Below are positions 26,348 through 41,831 of a stretch of DNA of 64,000 bases, in pieces (positions within the stretch are counted from its first letter, which is position 1; the number at the start of each line of letters is the position of its first letter). Under the pieces are notes generated by a model that was not told where the DNA came from, did not search any database, and worked only from the letters and a program-made list of their open reading frames with translations. This DNA comes from Octopus vulgaris (taxonomy: Eukaryota). The DNA is taken from assembly GCA_951406725.2 (NCBI GenBank), contig OX597814.1, positions 154,814,001-154,878,000 of the forward strand, written 5' to 3'. The position numbers were made by a program, and so were the translations under genes.

Positions 26348-26723
26348 TATATATAAGTCCAATATATGTACATTATGTATATACATACACATACGTATCT
26401 TTGTCTGACTGTCTGTCCCTATGTATGTATGCATGTATGTAAGTGTGTATGTATGTATGTATGTATGTAGGTAGGTAAACTATCTTTGTTTATTTGCCAT
26501 AAATGCGTAGGAGATAAATATAACCGACTTGAAACAACTGTAGTATATAGTTGAACTCATTGAATTACCTCTAAAAAGTTGAAAGCAAAGTCAACTCCAA
26601 ACAGATTTGGACTTAAATTGCAAAAGTACGCAACAAAACACCGTTAGACAAAGCAGTTACCTCTTCTATTCTACGGCTCCCTCCCTCATTCTCGCTCTCT
26701 GGCTACTACCTCTTACGGATACA

Positions 26724-26804
<81 letters not shown>

Positions 26805-27103
26805 TATATACATAAAAACACACACATAGAAATACGCATGCACACGTACAAATATACACACACAAATGCAAGCATAAACATACTCAAACACATGCGCATG
26901 TTAGATTTAACGAACGGAAGCAAAACGACTTTGGTAGGGTTTTATTTTTTTACTTTAAAACAATGGCTTGTTGCTCGAGAGTTTCCCTAGACGTACTTTT
27001 CTGTACTTAAAATAAGAATGTACTTAATACAACGAGAATACTGTAGAATTTCTAAGGTAAAAGGTCACTATTTCAGCGAGTGTTAGAGTGCGCGTACCCA
27101 TAT

Positions 27104-27179
<76 letters not shown>

Positions 27180-27779
27180 ATATATATATATATATATATA
27201 TACATACATGCAAATCCAAAACACACTCTATTTGCTGAATCATCCCACACGCACACACACAAATTGATATATTCACGCAGTTCAATTTAAAAGCGTACTT
27301 TTGGTACAGGTGAATGTTGTCATCCTTTCCATCCCGTGATATTACATATAATATCTCTGATGATTTAATATTCAGTTTGATTAAACCATTTGCATTATAT
27401 AACAACTGATCTCCTTATATATTAATGCAATGTTCGTAAGATGATGTAACTATGTATCTTATAAACAATCTTTAATAATGTATTTTCTCTCTCTCTCTCT
27501 CTCTCTCTGTAGACACACACACACACACACACACACACAAGCACACGCTTAATCATATATACATAAGTATAAACGTACATATATACGTACATATGTATAT
27601 ATAAAACTGAGGATGTGTATGTGTAAACCCGCATAACTACTGAAGTTCGCATCACATGTTCTCCAAACTGGGAACGTACACAACTTATGTTCCATAGATG
27701 GTTTTAGACTCTTAAAATACTTCACATAATGAATAATGGGGCTCCTGGGGGCAGAAACTATATATACATGCATACATAC

Positions 27780-27834
<55 letters not shown>

Positions 27835-27949
27835 AAGGCGGTGATATATATATATATATATATTTATAAAGGCGGTGATCCAGTATGGCCACAGTCACAT
27901 GACAGGAACAAGTAAAAGAGAGAGAGTATGTATACATATATATCAAATA

Positions 27950-28760
27950 CACAATGGGACAAGAACGCAAAACATCCGGGCAACTAGATGGCAACAAAAC
28001 ATCCAGACAGACGATACAAAAAAAAACACGGACGGGTCATTCGAAGCCTTTTATCTTCAGTCAAGAACCGGATCATCCTCGCAATTTTGGCTGATTAATC
28101 TTGGGATTGCTCAAATCTGGCCAGCTCCAAGGAAAAACTAAGCTAAGAGCATTAAATTCTTTGGAAAAAAGCATCGAAAGGGCGGAAAAACGGATGATGT
28201 TACACGAATATAAATACAAAAAAACAAAACAATAATAATAATAATAATAACAGGACATATATATATATATACCAAAATAAGCAACAAGGATATCCAGAGG
28301 TAATGCAGTACGATCGATTCATGCGACTTCATTTAAACGATCGTACTGCATTACCTCTGGATATCCTTATTGCTTATTTTGATTATAATCACCCCATTTT
28401 GAATTATATGGATAATACCATACTAAATTCTGGTGCCTTTAACTTAAGTACCATATTCCTCTGAATCTATATATACAGATTCGACTACCATCCGTGTAGC
28501 ATCTCTTCTATTCCTTCCCATGACTTTCATCTAATGTTCCTGCTGTAAGGCTTCACTTCATTTTCTAAGGGCCGGCCACATTGGAGCAGTCTCGAGTGTA
28601 ACTGGCTAAAACTGCGACGATGATATAGAATTCGACTGAAGATAGAAACCTCCGAATGACCCGACCTTGCTTTTTCCTGTCCTTCTTCGTATCGTCTAAC
28701 TGTCCGGATGTTTTGTTACTGCCTATTACGTTCTTGTTCAATTTTTTGCTTTGTTTATAT
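27950..28760. mobile_element. Penelope-like remnants in opposite orientations with a 44-bp hairpin
   Basis: Hairpin 28273-28316/28338-28381 (1 mismatch); shared motif gactgaagat...gaatgac at ~28040-28062 (-), 28634-28660 (+) and, more diverged, 43565-43590 (+). Confidence 0.45.
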
Positions 28761-29377
28761 ATATATATATTCATCGGTGTGGCTGTGTGGTAAGAATTTT
28801 GCTTACCAACTGCATGGCTCCTGGTTCAATGAGACTGTGTGGCATCTTGGGTTCTTACTAAAACCTCGGGCCGATGAAAGCCTCATGAGTGGATTTAGCA
28901 GACGGGAACTGAAAAAAATTTGTCGTATGAAAACCTAAGCATGTCTTTGTGCCTGTGTTTGTTTCCCACTACCACTTGACAACAAGAGTTGGTTTGTTTA
29001 TGTCCTCGTAAACTAGCGGTTTGGCAAAAAGTGTCCGATAGAATAAGTACAAGGTTTTAAAAAAAACGTAAAGTAATGGGCTCGATACATTCGACAAAAA
29101 TTTCTTGAAGGTAGCACTCATAGCATGGCCGCAGTCTAATGACTGAAACAAGGAAAATATAACAGATAATAGGTATGTATGTATGTATGTATGTATGTAT
29201 GTATGTATGTATGTATGTATGTATGTATGTATGTATGTATGTATGTCATTGTTCAGTTTATTTCAAGATTTCTTGTCAATAGAGAAATAACCGGTTTCTA
29301 ACCTAGGTCCAAGGCTCCTTTATTGGAATTTCAGCATCAACAACTGGGTATTTTTGTTGGCAAGTATGTATGTTTGT

Positions 29378-29469
<92 letters not shown>

Positions 29470-29851
29470 GTAAAGAGAGGTCCCGGAAATCCAGTCGGTT
29501 ACCTCAGACACACGAACTTAAGGGCTTTGAGTTAGTCATTATATAATTACATATTTTGTTATTGATATGACAATATCACAGCTCTCTGTCATACTTCCAT
29601 GAATGTTATGTGATTTAGTGATTTATCATATGTACGTTCTGGAAACGATCGTACACCTTCGACTTCTTCATTTGTTTCACACACACAGACACACACACAC
29701 AGATACACACACACACGCACACACGCATACACACACTCACACTCACAAACACCCAATGAAATTCCGACTAAGTTTGATTTCCACGTTTTATCATTTGCAA
29801 TCAATTTCATTGATTAACATATTCTTCTTTACACAATCATACAAACACGGA

Positions 29852-29962
<111 letters not shown>

Positions 29963-29969
29963 TTATCTA

Positions 29970-30064
<95 letters not shown>

Positions 30065-30180
30065 GTCTATCTATCTGTCTGTTTATCTATCCATCTGTCT
30101 GTCTGACAGTCTGTCTGTCTAACCGTCTGTCTGTCTCTCCCTCTCTCTCTCTTTCTTTCTTTCTTTGTCTCTCTCTCTCT

Positions 30181-30246
<66 letters not shown>

Positions 30247-30491
30247 ACAGAGTGATTGATAGATAAACACACAAATAGACAAGGGAAGGAACAGAGAATG
30301 AATGAAAGTATGAAATAAATTGTAAGAGGAAGCAGTAAAAGGAATACGTCTTGCCCCAGTGTATAGGGAGATGGTTTATTTGAGAAACTGAGAAATATAT
30401 ATTGGCTTATAAAATCACAAAGACATACATAATGTGTGAGCGAACGAGAGAATATCAGAAAGGGAAAAAGTGAGTGTGTATATGTGTGTGT

Positions 30492-30604
<113 letters not shown>

Positions 30605-32313
30605 GAAAGAGATACTGTGAGTATGTGTTTTTGCGTTTGTATGTGGATGTCAGTGTCTGAGAGTGAGGGATAGATTTGCCAATGAAGGAAGGGTAGATTT
30701 TGGCAGCATCAGAGTCTGTGCTTGAGTAACAAGTGAGAGAGTTAGAAAGTAACAAGATTATCGCAATAAATCAACGACATGATCACGTGATATACACACG
30801 CAAACGAATACACACACAAACACACACACACACACGCACACACGCTCACACACACATACATACATTTGCATAACTCACATACCCTTAATGTCCCAAACAT
30901 ATACATATCACATACAAACGCACGGAAATACATAGAAAATTAGATACATCACACATTCACGCAACCACACATATACATTCAATAGAACCACACACACAGC
31001 ACAAACCCACAACACGTACAACCACACAAAAAAACACAACATATATACATGCTTATGCACACGTAGAATTTTTCCGGTACAAATATCTCAATCAATTTAT
31101 GTCGACAGTGGCCCAAAATGTGTAGTTTGCCAGGCTATCAGACGCCATCACTGCTGCAGTTACAACAACCCTCAAAGCTCTAGCATATGTACTTATATAT
31201 TTATACACGAAACTGAAAAATGAATTATATAAAGAAAGAAAAAAAAAACTGGATGAGTCCACATAATTGAGGAGGGACAGTATGAGAAATAGAGAGAGAA
31301 AGAGAGAGTTTGAGCAAATAAAGAAAAGTGAGAAAGATTACAGAGAGAAAAGTTAACGAGAAAATCAGTGAGAAGTGGGGAGTGATAGAATGAACGGGGA
31401 AAGAAACTTAGAGACAGAAGAAGCTATTTTCGAGATGTACCTTAGCTTTTTAATTACTAAAATGAAAAATGAATCCCAAAAGCAGGATAATTTCACAAAA
31501 TAGGGGAGAGAAAGATAAGGAAATATTGAGGGAAGACTGAGAGAAAGAGGGAGAGAAAAGTGAAAAAAGTGGGTGAAATGAGAGAAAAAGTGAGAGAAAA
31601 GAAGGAAAGAGGTAACCATAGTCTTCAGTGTAGTACCTTAGTTTCTTGAAAATTAGGGTTTACTTTAGTACAAAACTTGAAATTTATATGAGGAAAGCGA
31701 AATGGGATATCAAGGGGTTAATTGGTTTTAAACAGGCCTTTAAACTAGTTGTTGAGTCCGTCGATTGGCTAAGAGATAATCAGTATTGGAATGGATTCGC
31801 CATAAGAAATATATATTGGTTTCGTTTTGACATAATATGTAGCTACATACTCACATACACACAAAACTCGCAATGACATACTCATAAAAACATTGATACA
31901 TATATACACATCGAGGAAGAGAGAGAGAAAGGGAAAGAGGAGGACGACAATGATGATTAAAACGAAAAGTTGTGATGGTGATGAGTTGTATCAGTGAAAT
32001 GAAGCTAGGTTTCAGAGTACTCATGTTCATTAATACGCATTTTCTTTTAAACTAAAAAATGATAATTATTCTGACTGTATCGATTTCATTATAGTACCGG
32101 TGCTATGTTAAAGCTGTCGTTGAAGCAAAAGATACCTCAGCTGAAAATATTGAAGAACTGAATTTCATTATATCGCAACTCATTCAATGAATCCAACGTT
32201 CATAGTTTTGTTCCTTCTTTCTCTCTCTCTCCCTCTCTCTTTCTCGCACACGCAAGCACACACAAGCACACACACACGCATACAAACGCACCACACGCAC
32301 ACGCACGCACACG

Positions 32314-32365
<52 letters not shown>

Positions 32366-33016
32366 TATGCACATTCATAAATATAGATTCAAAGGTCAAG
32401 GGAAATTGAGATGTACGTTTCGGAAAAAATAGTTCATCACAAAAACTATATTGAACATAAATGAAGTGAAGTAGATACAATTCAATCAAAACAAGCTTTG
32501 CGGGTTTTCTTTTACTAACATGGGGCGCAATATATTTCTACGATGTTCTTTCCATATAGAAATTATTTATGTTGATCAAAAGTACTTCAGTCATTCAATA
32601 AAGTAAAGAAAAACAATTTTTAACTAAAGAACATCTATGCCTTGAGTGAAATATAACTTTTATAACTGAATTGAAAATCCAATATAGTAACGCTTTGTCA
32701 GAGTTGTAATAGAATCGATTGCATTAACTTCGAGAGATCAGAGATAATGAACGAAGTCGAGTTCAGTGAAGTGAATTTTTCTATTTTAAAGATCGTAACC
32801 CGTTCAATTTAGCAATCAACCAGATTGACTAAAATAGCCACCATTCTGTTATTAAAGAAATGAAAAAAGATTGAATAACTGATACTTAGTTAATATACCT
32901 TGGAAAGATGAAAAACAAAGTTGACCTCGGCAGAATTTGAACTCAGAATGTATGCTAAGCATTTCGCCCGTCGTGCTAACGACTCTGCCAGCTCGCCCAC
33001 CCTAATAATAATAATG

Positions 33017-33106
<90 letters not shown>

Positions 33107-33574
33107 GTGATTTAAAATTTTACCACATGTACATAAATGAGAAAGCAATGTACTGACAATTTGAGTGAGGATATGCGTAAAAGATGAGGGGAAGGAAGGG
33201 AAAAGATGGTGAAATGGAATAACAGTATACAGAGAAAACAAAGCATGTAAACATACAATGGTGCAATCCGCCTGATATAGGATAGTCTCCAACTAGGACC
33301 ATTCAATACACAAGCCCTCACCCAGCTGCTTGTCTTCCTATATGCAGATCCATGCTTAGAGTAGGTCCATTCACCATAACCATTTTTGCTACTATCACTC
33401 ATGTTTTTACAAATTGGCTGGTAGAGATTCCCTTTCCATCCTCACTTTCCTTTTCAATCGAAACTCAAAAAACTCCATGAGGAAGGTGTCCTTTTCAATC
33501 CTCTTAGCCTTGTCCATCACACAGCCTCTTTCGTCTAGCCACTTGTAATAATAATAATAATAATAATAATAATG

Positions 33575-34230
33575 TTTCTTTCTACTAAAGGTACAAGGCC
33601 TGAAATGTTGTGGGAGGGGACTACTCGATTACATCGACCCCAGTGTTTCATTGGTACTTAATTTATCGACCCCGAAAAGATAAAAAGTAAAGTCGACCTC
33701 AGAACGTAGGGACGAGCGAAATACCGCTAAGCATTTCATCCAGTACGCTAATGATTCTGCCAACTCGCTACCATCTTGTAATAGTAATAATCCTTTCTAC
33801 TGAAGGCACAAGGCCTTGAAATTTGGGGGGAGGGGGTACAAGTCGATTACATTAAACCCAGTGTTTCACTGGTATTTAATTTATCGATCCCGAAAGGATG
33901 GAAGGCAAAGTCGACCTCGATGAAATTTGATCTCAGAACAAAACGAATGGCGAAATACTGCTAAGCATTTCGTCCAGCGTGCTAACGATTCTGCCAACTC
34001 GCTGCCTTCTTGTAATAATAATAATAATGAGAATAATTTGGCTCAAGGCTAGAAATTTTTAAGGAAATTACATCGACCCCAGTCAAGAACTGGTACTATT
34101 TTATCGACATTAAAAGGAATGAAGGTAAAATTCGACCTTGATAGAAAGCAAACTCAGGACATAGAGAATCGCATGAAATACCACAAAGCAATCGTTCGAT
34201 GCAACAATGATTCTGCTTCCTCACCGCCTC
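33575..34230 (-). mobile_element. Three tandem SINE family A copies
   Basis: Three successive gcacaaggcc...atcgaccccag...gtcgacctc...ctgccaactcgc-type units separated by (TAA)n. Confidence 0.8.
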
Positions 34231-34951
34231 CAATCGTATCTAATGTAAACTTAAGGCCGACAATTTTTGAACTGTTATCAAACAACACTCTTCCTTCAAA
34301 ATTGTTGCCTAAATTAGAAACTTGTGCCTAAATTAGAAACTAAATAAGGATAATCAAAACTTTTTAAAGCTATAAAAATGAAATCTCTATATATTGTAAC
34401 TTATCAGACAGTTGTGGTACTCAGAAATTTCAGAAAAGGTAAAATGAAATATTATTTTCACAACGAGGCAGCGAGTGCACGAGTGCTCTATCTTCTAGAA
34501 ATGGCAACCAAATCTTTCTCAAGTTACACCCATTGTTAAAAATATAAAAAGAACAGAAATGTAGTCAAAGATCGCAATGAAAAGACAAGATGATTACGAC
34601 TGAAATACTCTGGTACAAATTTCTGTTCAATCATGGTTGACTCGTGGATAAATAACAATAACAGCAATGGCAATTAATATTGCAAAAACAACAACCAGAC
34701 TGCCTGAATTCAGAAATATAAAGGTATACATATAATTTCAGATGATATGTGATATACATAGTTAATAAATAAATAATTTTAAAATTGCTCCCCTACTATT
34801 GAAGACAGTTATTCGTATCTGATGGAGGGAGAATAGTTAAGTTCCAAAATGCTTAGTCAACCTCCGGTTCAAAATGCCTTCACATTCTCTAGTTTCCAGA
34901 CGAAACTACAGACTTAGACCTTTTAACCCGACTCAAACTTGTCAGTCTTAC

Positions 34952-35045
34952 CAAGATTCCACAGAATTTTACCGCTGCTGGCAATAAATTCTCTCTCAAA
35001 ATTTTACCTTCCACATTCAAATGATATGAAGCGAATGTGTTGAAA
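34952..35045 (-). other. Candidate 94-nt exon
   Basis: Long polypyrimidine acceptor ...ttttcctccaattag| and donor TTG|GTAAGA; one open frame FNTFASYHLNVEGKILRENLLPAAVKFCGIL with no recognised homology. Confidence 0.3.
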
Positions 35046-35321
35046 CTAATTGGAGGAAAATATAAAAACAAAACGAAAAAAAAAAAAAGAAGAAAATTAT
35101 TGAAGAATTCCATGCCGTAGTTGCACCACTATCAGCACCATCGAACTAACAAGAAAGTCACTACTTGGTCACTCAACCTGCTAGAAATAACTGCCAGAAC
35201 ATTTTAGATAAGGATTCTGTAGTCATAGACACACCTAAAAATACTAACTTTGGTAGAACCAAAACTGGATCAGAGTTCATCAGGGGGCTAAATCATATCA
35301 CAAACAACAGCCATCACCACT

Positions 35322-35353
<32 letters not shown>

Positions 35354-35386
35354 CAATATCATCATCATCATCATCATCATCGCCGC

Positions 35387-35440
<54 letters not shown>

Positions 35441-35969
35441 GAACTTCATCATCATCGACTACATCCATATTCTCCTATTCCCAGTGATTTTATAATTCAT
35501 GCGAATACAGGGCAGTTTCCCGAGTGTTCCAACGGTTAAAAGCCTAATGCTAATTCTATATGTGCTGTGGCTTGACCAGCACCTTGGCATTGCTTTGCTC
35601 AAAGATGGCTCTGCCTCCAATTATCATCATTCCGATTTCCTCCTCCCTCCCCTTCATCCTCTTCGTCATTTAGTTCCTTACACTCAACATCACACATTCT
35701 GGAAGTAATAAAGACACAACCTTGATTACTTTGAGCATCAAATTAACACTACAGTGCCGAAATTGTAACATTTGCATGACATGCAAGGCGTGCGTAGTAG
35801 TAGTTAAAGTAGTAGCTATCGTTACTTAGCTTCACATAGGTTCTAATCGAGTTGACCAGAGCTATGATCACAGGCGGTTCTAACAGTGACCATCCCAACT
35901 ATTTTTATATAGACACAGGTGTGATTTGAAAAAATTCTCTGTTAAATCTATTAGGCCAAACCATACATG

Positions 35970-36075
<106 letters not shown>

Positions 36076-37351
36076 AATGTTTTCTTGGCTTGCTAGATTG
36101 ACTTCAACTGTTGTTTAATGAACAGTAAAACACTGGAGAAAGTTACTAGACAGATATCAAATTACTTCCGACTGCATAAAGGGCGACTTTATTTTGTAAA
36201 CAACCGTTGGATTAGTTATTATGTAAGGCGAATTATGAATGAATAGGGCTGAGGATTGTATGTTGTACGCATGTGTAAATTTCATTATCGTTACACGTAT
36301 AGGTGGAGGAGGAGGAGACCCCCTTCGGTCATGAATGACCATGGGGTTGCACTTACAAAGTTCCCCTCTGAGGCACAAGTCCAGACAAGGTTGTTTATGG
36401 AAGACCAGCAGTTGCCCATGCATACCAGCTTTTCCTCTCCACACCACTGATGTTATCCAAGGGAAAGGCAAAGGTGGATACAGCTTGGCCCCAGTGATAT
36501 TACAACTCATTTCTGCAGCTGAGTGAATTGAAGCAATCTGAAATAAAGTGTCTTGCTCAAGAACACAACATGCAGCCCAGTCCGGGAGTCGAACTCACAA
36601 CCTCAACATCGTAAGCTCGATGCTCTAACCACTGAGCCATGCGCCTTCACACGTATAGGTATATACATACAAATATACCACAATGTAAGTGCTGTAAAAT
36701 ATATACAAACACATATTTTACATAGTTCTAAGAGCAAAATATTAGCAAACATAAGCCTCAAATGTTATATTTTACGTAGTACATGTCGCAAACATTACAA
36801 CATTCAACTCTAGAACTTATTACGTTGTCTAGAGTTGCTAGATATATTGATTAAATCAAAATATGACAATCTCCTCTGTCATTTCGTCCTTGGTTGATAC
36901 CAGCTGATCTGTCAAGTCAATCATGTTATGTATATACAAATTCTTTTATTCTTCTACATGTTCCAGTCATTTGACTGCGGCCATGCTGGAGAACCGCCTT
37001 AAAAAGTTTTTTAGATGAAGAAATCGATCCGAGGATTTATTCTTTGTAAGCCTAGTACTTATTCTATCGGTTTCTCTTGCCGAACTGCTAAGTTACGGGG
37101 AAGTAAACACACCAACATCGATTGTCAAGTGATGTTGGAGAAATAAACAGACACAAAGACATACACATAAATACGCGCGCGCGCGCACGCACATACACAC
37201 ACACACACACACACACATACACACACATACACAACAAGCTTCTTTCAGTTTCTGTCTACGAAATTCACTCACAAAGCTTTGGTCAACCCGAGGCTATAGT
37301 AGAAGACACTTTCCCAAGGTGCCATGCAGTGGGACTGAACTCGGAACCATG

Positions 37352-37398
<47 letters not shown>

Positions 37399-37975
37399 CT
37401 TACGTCATTAGAATTTAGAAACTTCGAGAAATTGAAAGGCGTTGCATCTATAGAAAGGCATACCGATTTCAGAATCACCACACTATAGGATGTGTGTCTA
37501 TGTACGAATCTGTATTATGTAATACCCTGTCTGAAGAATTTCTTATAGGAAATCCCTTACATGTCTATCTATGTAGAACTCTGTAATTCCTATTAGCGAA
37601 TGGAACATGTGTAATGGTGAATAAATAATACATAAACATTTTCTAACTTCATGTTTTGTTAAAAAAATAAAAAAATAGAAGATAAGATAACGATCCTTCC
37701 CGAGTTTCATAGAGACGCGTAAGACCGGTTTCCCAGTTTCCGTGGGGCACAAATACCCCACCTGGACGGGACACCGGTCCGTCGGTGTATTACTCATTTT
37801 CACCAGCTGAGTGAAATGAAGCAACGTGAATCGAAGTATTTTTCCCAAGAACATAACGTGTCAACCGGTGCAGGACTCAGGATCACAAACTTACGAACAT
37901 GAGATCGACCATACTAACCACTAAGACACGCGCCCCCACTCCCTTCTTTGGTGTACGTACATAGACATATACGTG

Positions 37976-38137
<162 letters not shown>

Positions 38138-38163
38138 GAGGCCCAGTGGTTATATATATATAT

Positions 38164-38230
<67 letters not shown>

Positions 38231-38232
<2 letters not shown>

Positions 38233-38540
38233 GAGGCCCAGTGGTTAGAGCAGCGGACTCGCGGTCGGAGGATCGCGGTTTCGATTCCCAGTCCGTGCGT
38301 TGTGCGTGTTTATTGAGCGAAAACACCTAAACGCTCCACGAGGCTCCGGCAGGGGGTGGTGGTAACCCTGTAGTACTCCCTCACCCAAACTTTCTCTCAC
38401 TCTTTCTTCCTGTTTCTTGAGTAACACTGCGATGGACTAGCGTCTCGCCCAGCTGGGGTGGGGGTGAGGGAACACATACGCCACAGAAACCGGGAAACCG
38501 GGCCCATGCGCCTGGCTACGCTTGAAAAGGGCGCATAAAT
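38231..38540 (+). mobile_element. tRNA-derived SINE (distinct family)
   Basis: A box ggcccagtggttagagc and B box gtttcgattccc; GC-rich body; AT tail; the head 17-mer is duplicated at ~38136. Confidence 0.7.
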
Positions 38541-38544
38541 AATA

Positions 38545-38632
<88 letters not shown>

Positions 38633-39334
38633 CATGTCTGTCTGTATAAGCTGTAACGGTTTTCAGCATGATCGTGTATAAGTTGGATTTGAGTATAAGT
38701 TGCACCCCTAATTTAATGTTAAATGTTAGTACAACATTTTTTTCCCTTCACAGTTTTCGCTTTGTCCCGCGTATAAGTCGCATCTCAGTTTTACACTTAA
38801 AATCAAGCATAAATTAGTGCCCCTCACACTCAAATGAATACTCAGAAATATAGGGCACCGAAAGACAATGAAAAAATTCGGCGGTCGACACTCAGTTAAT
38901 AGTCCAGATGTATGGTTAACTATGCATTGTATGTTGCACTGAAGACATGTAAATTAAATATTCAGCCGAAGTCATAATGATCTAGCATCTTATTCTGTTA
39001 ATTAGTTTGTTTCTAATTAACACCTAACATTTCGTACTTGGTGTACTGTCCTCGGTTACTTTCTCGGTTGAGATTAAGAGATTAGTTTTAATGTTATTCT
39101 ATCTAATTAAACGCAGAAATGTTGGTAATATGAACATCTCATAATATGGTCTTATGTGAGTCATCTCTCTCTCTCTCTCTCTCGCTCTTTTTCTTACATG
39201 TAAATAACATGCTTTTAAATCTGTCTGTCTGTCTTCCTCTCGCTTTCTCTCCCTCTCTCTTTCTCTCTCTATATATGTATATGAACGCATACACACACAA
39301 TTATATACGTATAAATGAGAAACATTCAAACGGA

Positions 39335-39381
<47 letters not shown>

Positions 39382-39446
39382 ATACACATATATTTGTATA
39401 TCTATATGTATATATATACATATATACATATACGTATACACACACA

Positions 39447-39506
<60 letters not shown>

Positions 39507-39682
39507 CATATACGTATATATATATATATATATACATGTTTATGCATGTATATACAATATATATATATATGTAAATGTGTTTGAATACACACACATATAT
39601 AATAATATAAATAATATATAAATATATGCATATATACATACATATATACATACACACTCATACAGACACACACACACACACT

Positions 39683-39720
<38 letters not shown>

Positions 39721-40088
39721 CTCACACATACAGATGCATAACTGAATAGATATATGCATGAACATGTGTGTAAGTACTGAAGTACTGTACATTTATTTGT
39801 GCTATAATTTGAAGGTCTGTGTATCTAAATGTATCATAAGTGTGCCAGACTACATCTGAGCACCCCTGTTTGTATATATGTCTGTCTCCCTGCATCACTC
39901 ACTCTGTCTCTTTCTCACACACACAGATATGCACTTTACACACGCACGCACACATACACACAGACGCTCGCACGCACGCACACACATGCTCACACACACG
40001 AGCATATATTTACATGCACACACAAATACATACATATATAGTCACACATATCTCTTTCCCTCCCCCTCTCTCACTCATTCTCCCAATA

Positions 40089-40179
<91 letters not shown>

Positions 40180-40311
40180 CATCTATCTATCTATCTGCAT
40201 ATATATATGTATATATGCGAGTGTGTGTGTGTGAGTATACATATATACATATATATATATGTGTGTGTGTGTGTAAGATGAGAAAGGAACAAAAATTATC
40301 TTATAAATGCC

Positions 40312-40450
40312 GTTTCTGCTATATGATGCAGTAGACTCCTAGTTGAGTGGCTGCGTAATACCTTATAGCTTCATCGGAGCCTGAAACATGAAGCTATAAA
40401 GTGCTACCCAGTCACGCAATTGTGAGTGCACTGCATCTGATAGCAGAAAC
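40312..40450. repeat. 63-bp-arm imperfect palindrome
   Basis: Ungapped arms 40312-40374 / 40388-40450 with 13 differences and a 13-nt loop. Confidence 0.85.
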
Positions 40451-40652
40451 AGCTGTAAGCCAGTGAAGCTCATACCATGTCCTCTCATTTTCTTATTACC
40501 GTTATGTACTTGACTAACGACAAGCATGTGTATATTGAGTTCTACACCAGATTATTAGTATCGCAGTACCTAAGTGATCTATATATAATAGGCGCGGGCG
40601 TGGCTGTGTGGTAAGAAGCTTGCTACTCAACTACAGACATAAGCATACACAC

Positions 40653-40723
<71 letters not shown>

Positions 40724-40812
40724 CTCTCCCTTTCTCTCACACAAAAACCAAGCACACACACACATGTATACATACAGTTCAATATATGTGTACGTATTGC
40801 TGCTTTCTTACG

Positions 40813-40868
<56 letters not shown>

Positions 40869-41559
40869 TTTTCGGTACATAAAATTAAAGCAGAAATGTG
40901 ACTGTCGGTTTCACAAATGGGAATTATGAAACTGTCGGCGGAAATGACAGCCACATTAATATTGGTTTCAACTTTTGGCAGAAGGTAAGTTATTTTTAGT
41001 GAGACAGCAAGTTGATTGCATCGACTCCCAGTGCTCAACTGGTACTTATTATATATAGCCCAAAAGGATGAAACGCAAAGTCCACCTCAGTGCAATTTGA
41101 GGTTAGAACGTAAAGACTGTTGAAATGCCTCAATGCAATTTGCCCGGCGTGCTAACGATTCTGCCAGTTCGCCGCCTTATATGATAGTCATGTTAATATT
41201 TTGAAAGTTGTACTGTTATAATACATGAATACATAAATTCATCGCAACACAGAAAAACTGACAGACACATACATACACACTAACTCTATCACATATATAT
41301 ATTCCTCCACCAGATTTTTATGCGAAATTTCAAGAGCCGAATACTACACGGATTACTTCAGAGATACTGAAATTTACGGTAGATTCCAAAGTATGATATA
41401 AGTAGTATAACATAGTATAATTTACAAATGATCGTTTAAATCATTGGCTCTCAACTAGGATCCATGTGTCCTTTGAGGATCCATATAGGATTTTTCTGCT
41501 AAAATTTATCTGCAATAAATTGGTTATACTTCCACAATATACAAACTATTTAAATTTTT

Positions 41560-41831
41560 TATTCTGTTGTGTCTGGGGAGAGTCATTTTCTTTTTGTGCC
41601 TTATAATGTAACACACTCACCGGTAAAATTTCCACTTTTTTCTTATTTTTATTTTCCTAAAATTTTCGTTGCGTCTTGCAACCTTTTCAATAGTCAAGAA
41701 TAGTCAAGGAATATAAAAATAAGAAAAATTTTAGGAAAATAAAAATAAGAAAAAAGTGGAAATTTTACCGGTGAGTGTGTTGCATTATAAGGCACAAAAA
41801 GAAAATGATTCTCCCCAGACACAACAGAATA
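41560..41831. mobile_element. Fold-back Penelope-like element inserted in a probable hAT MITE (~41445-42035)
   Basis: ~108-bp near-perfect inverted arms at 41560-41667 and ~41722-41831. Confidence 0.55.
41657..41693 (-). ncRNA. Minimal hammerhead motif, U3:A8 variant (second family)
   Basis: Minus strand: CUA UUGAAAA g GUUGC aagac GCAAC GAAA AU UU UAG; stem I is only 3 bp. Confidence 0.45.

Noticed and set aside
28634-28670. CTGAAGA...GAATGA motif shared by three PLE-like fragments
   Set aside because: GAAT instead of GAAA and no stem I pairing; not supportable as a ribozyme.
35582-35698. Minus-strand acidic mini-ORF (MCDVECKELNDEEDEGEGGG...) after a possible acceptor
   Set aside because: Only 32 codons, low-complexity purine tract and weak donor.
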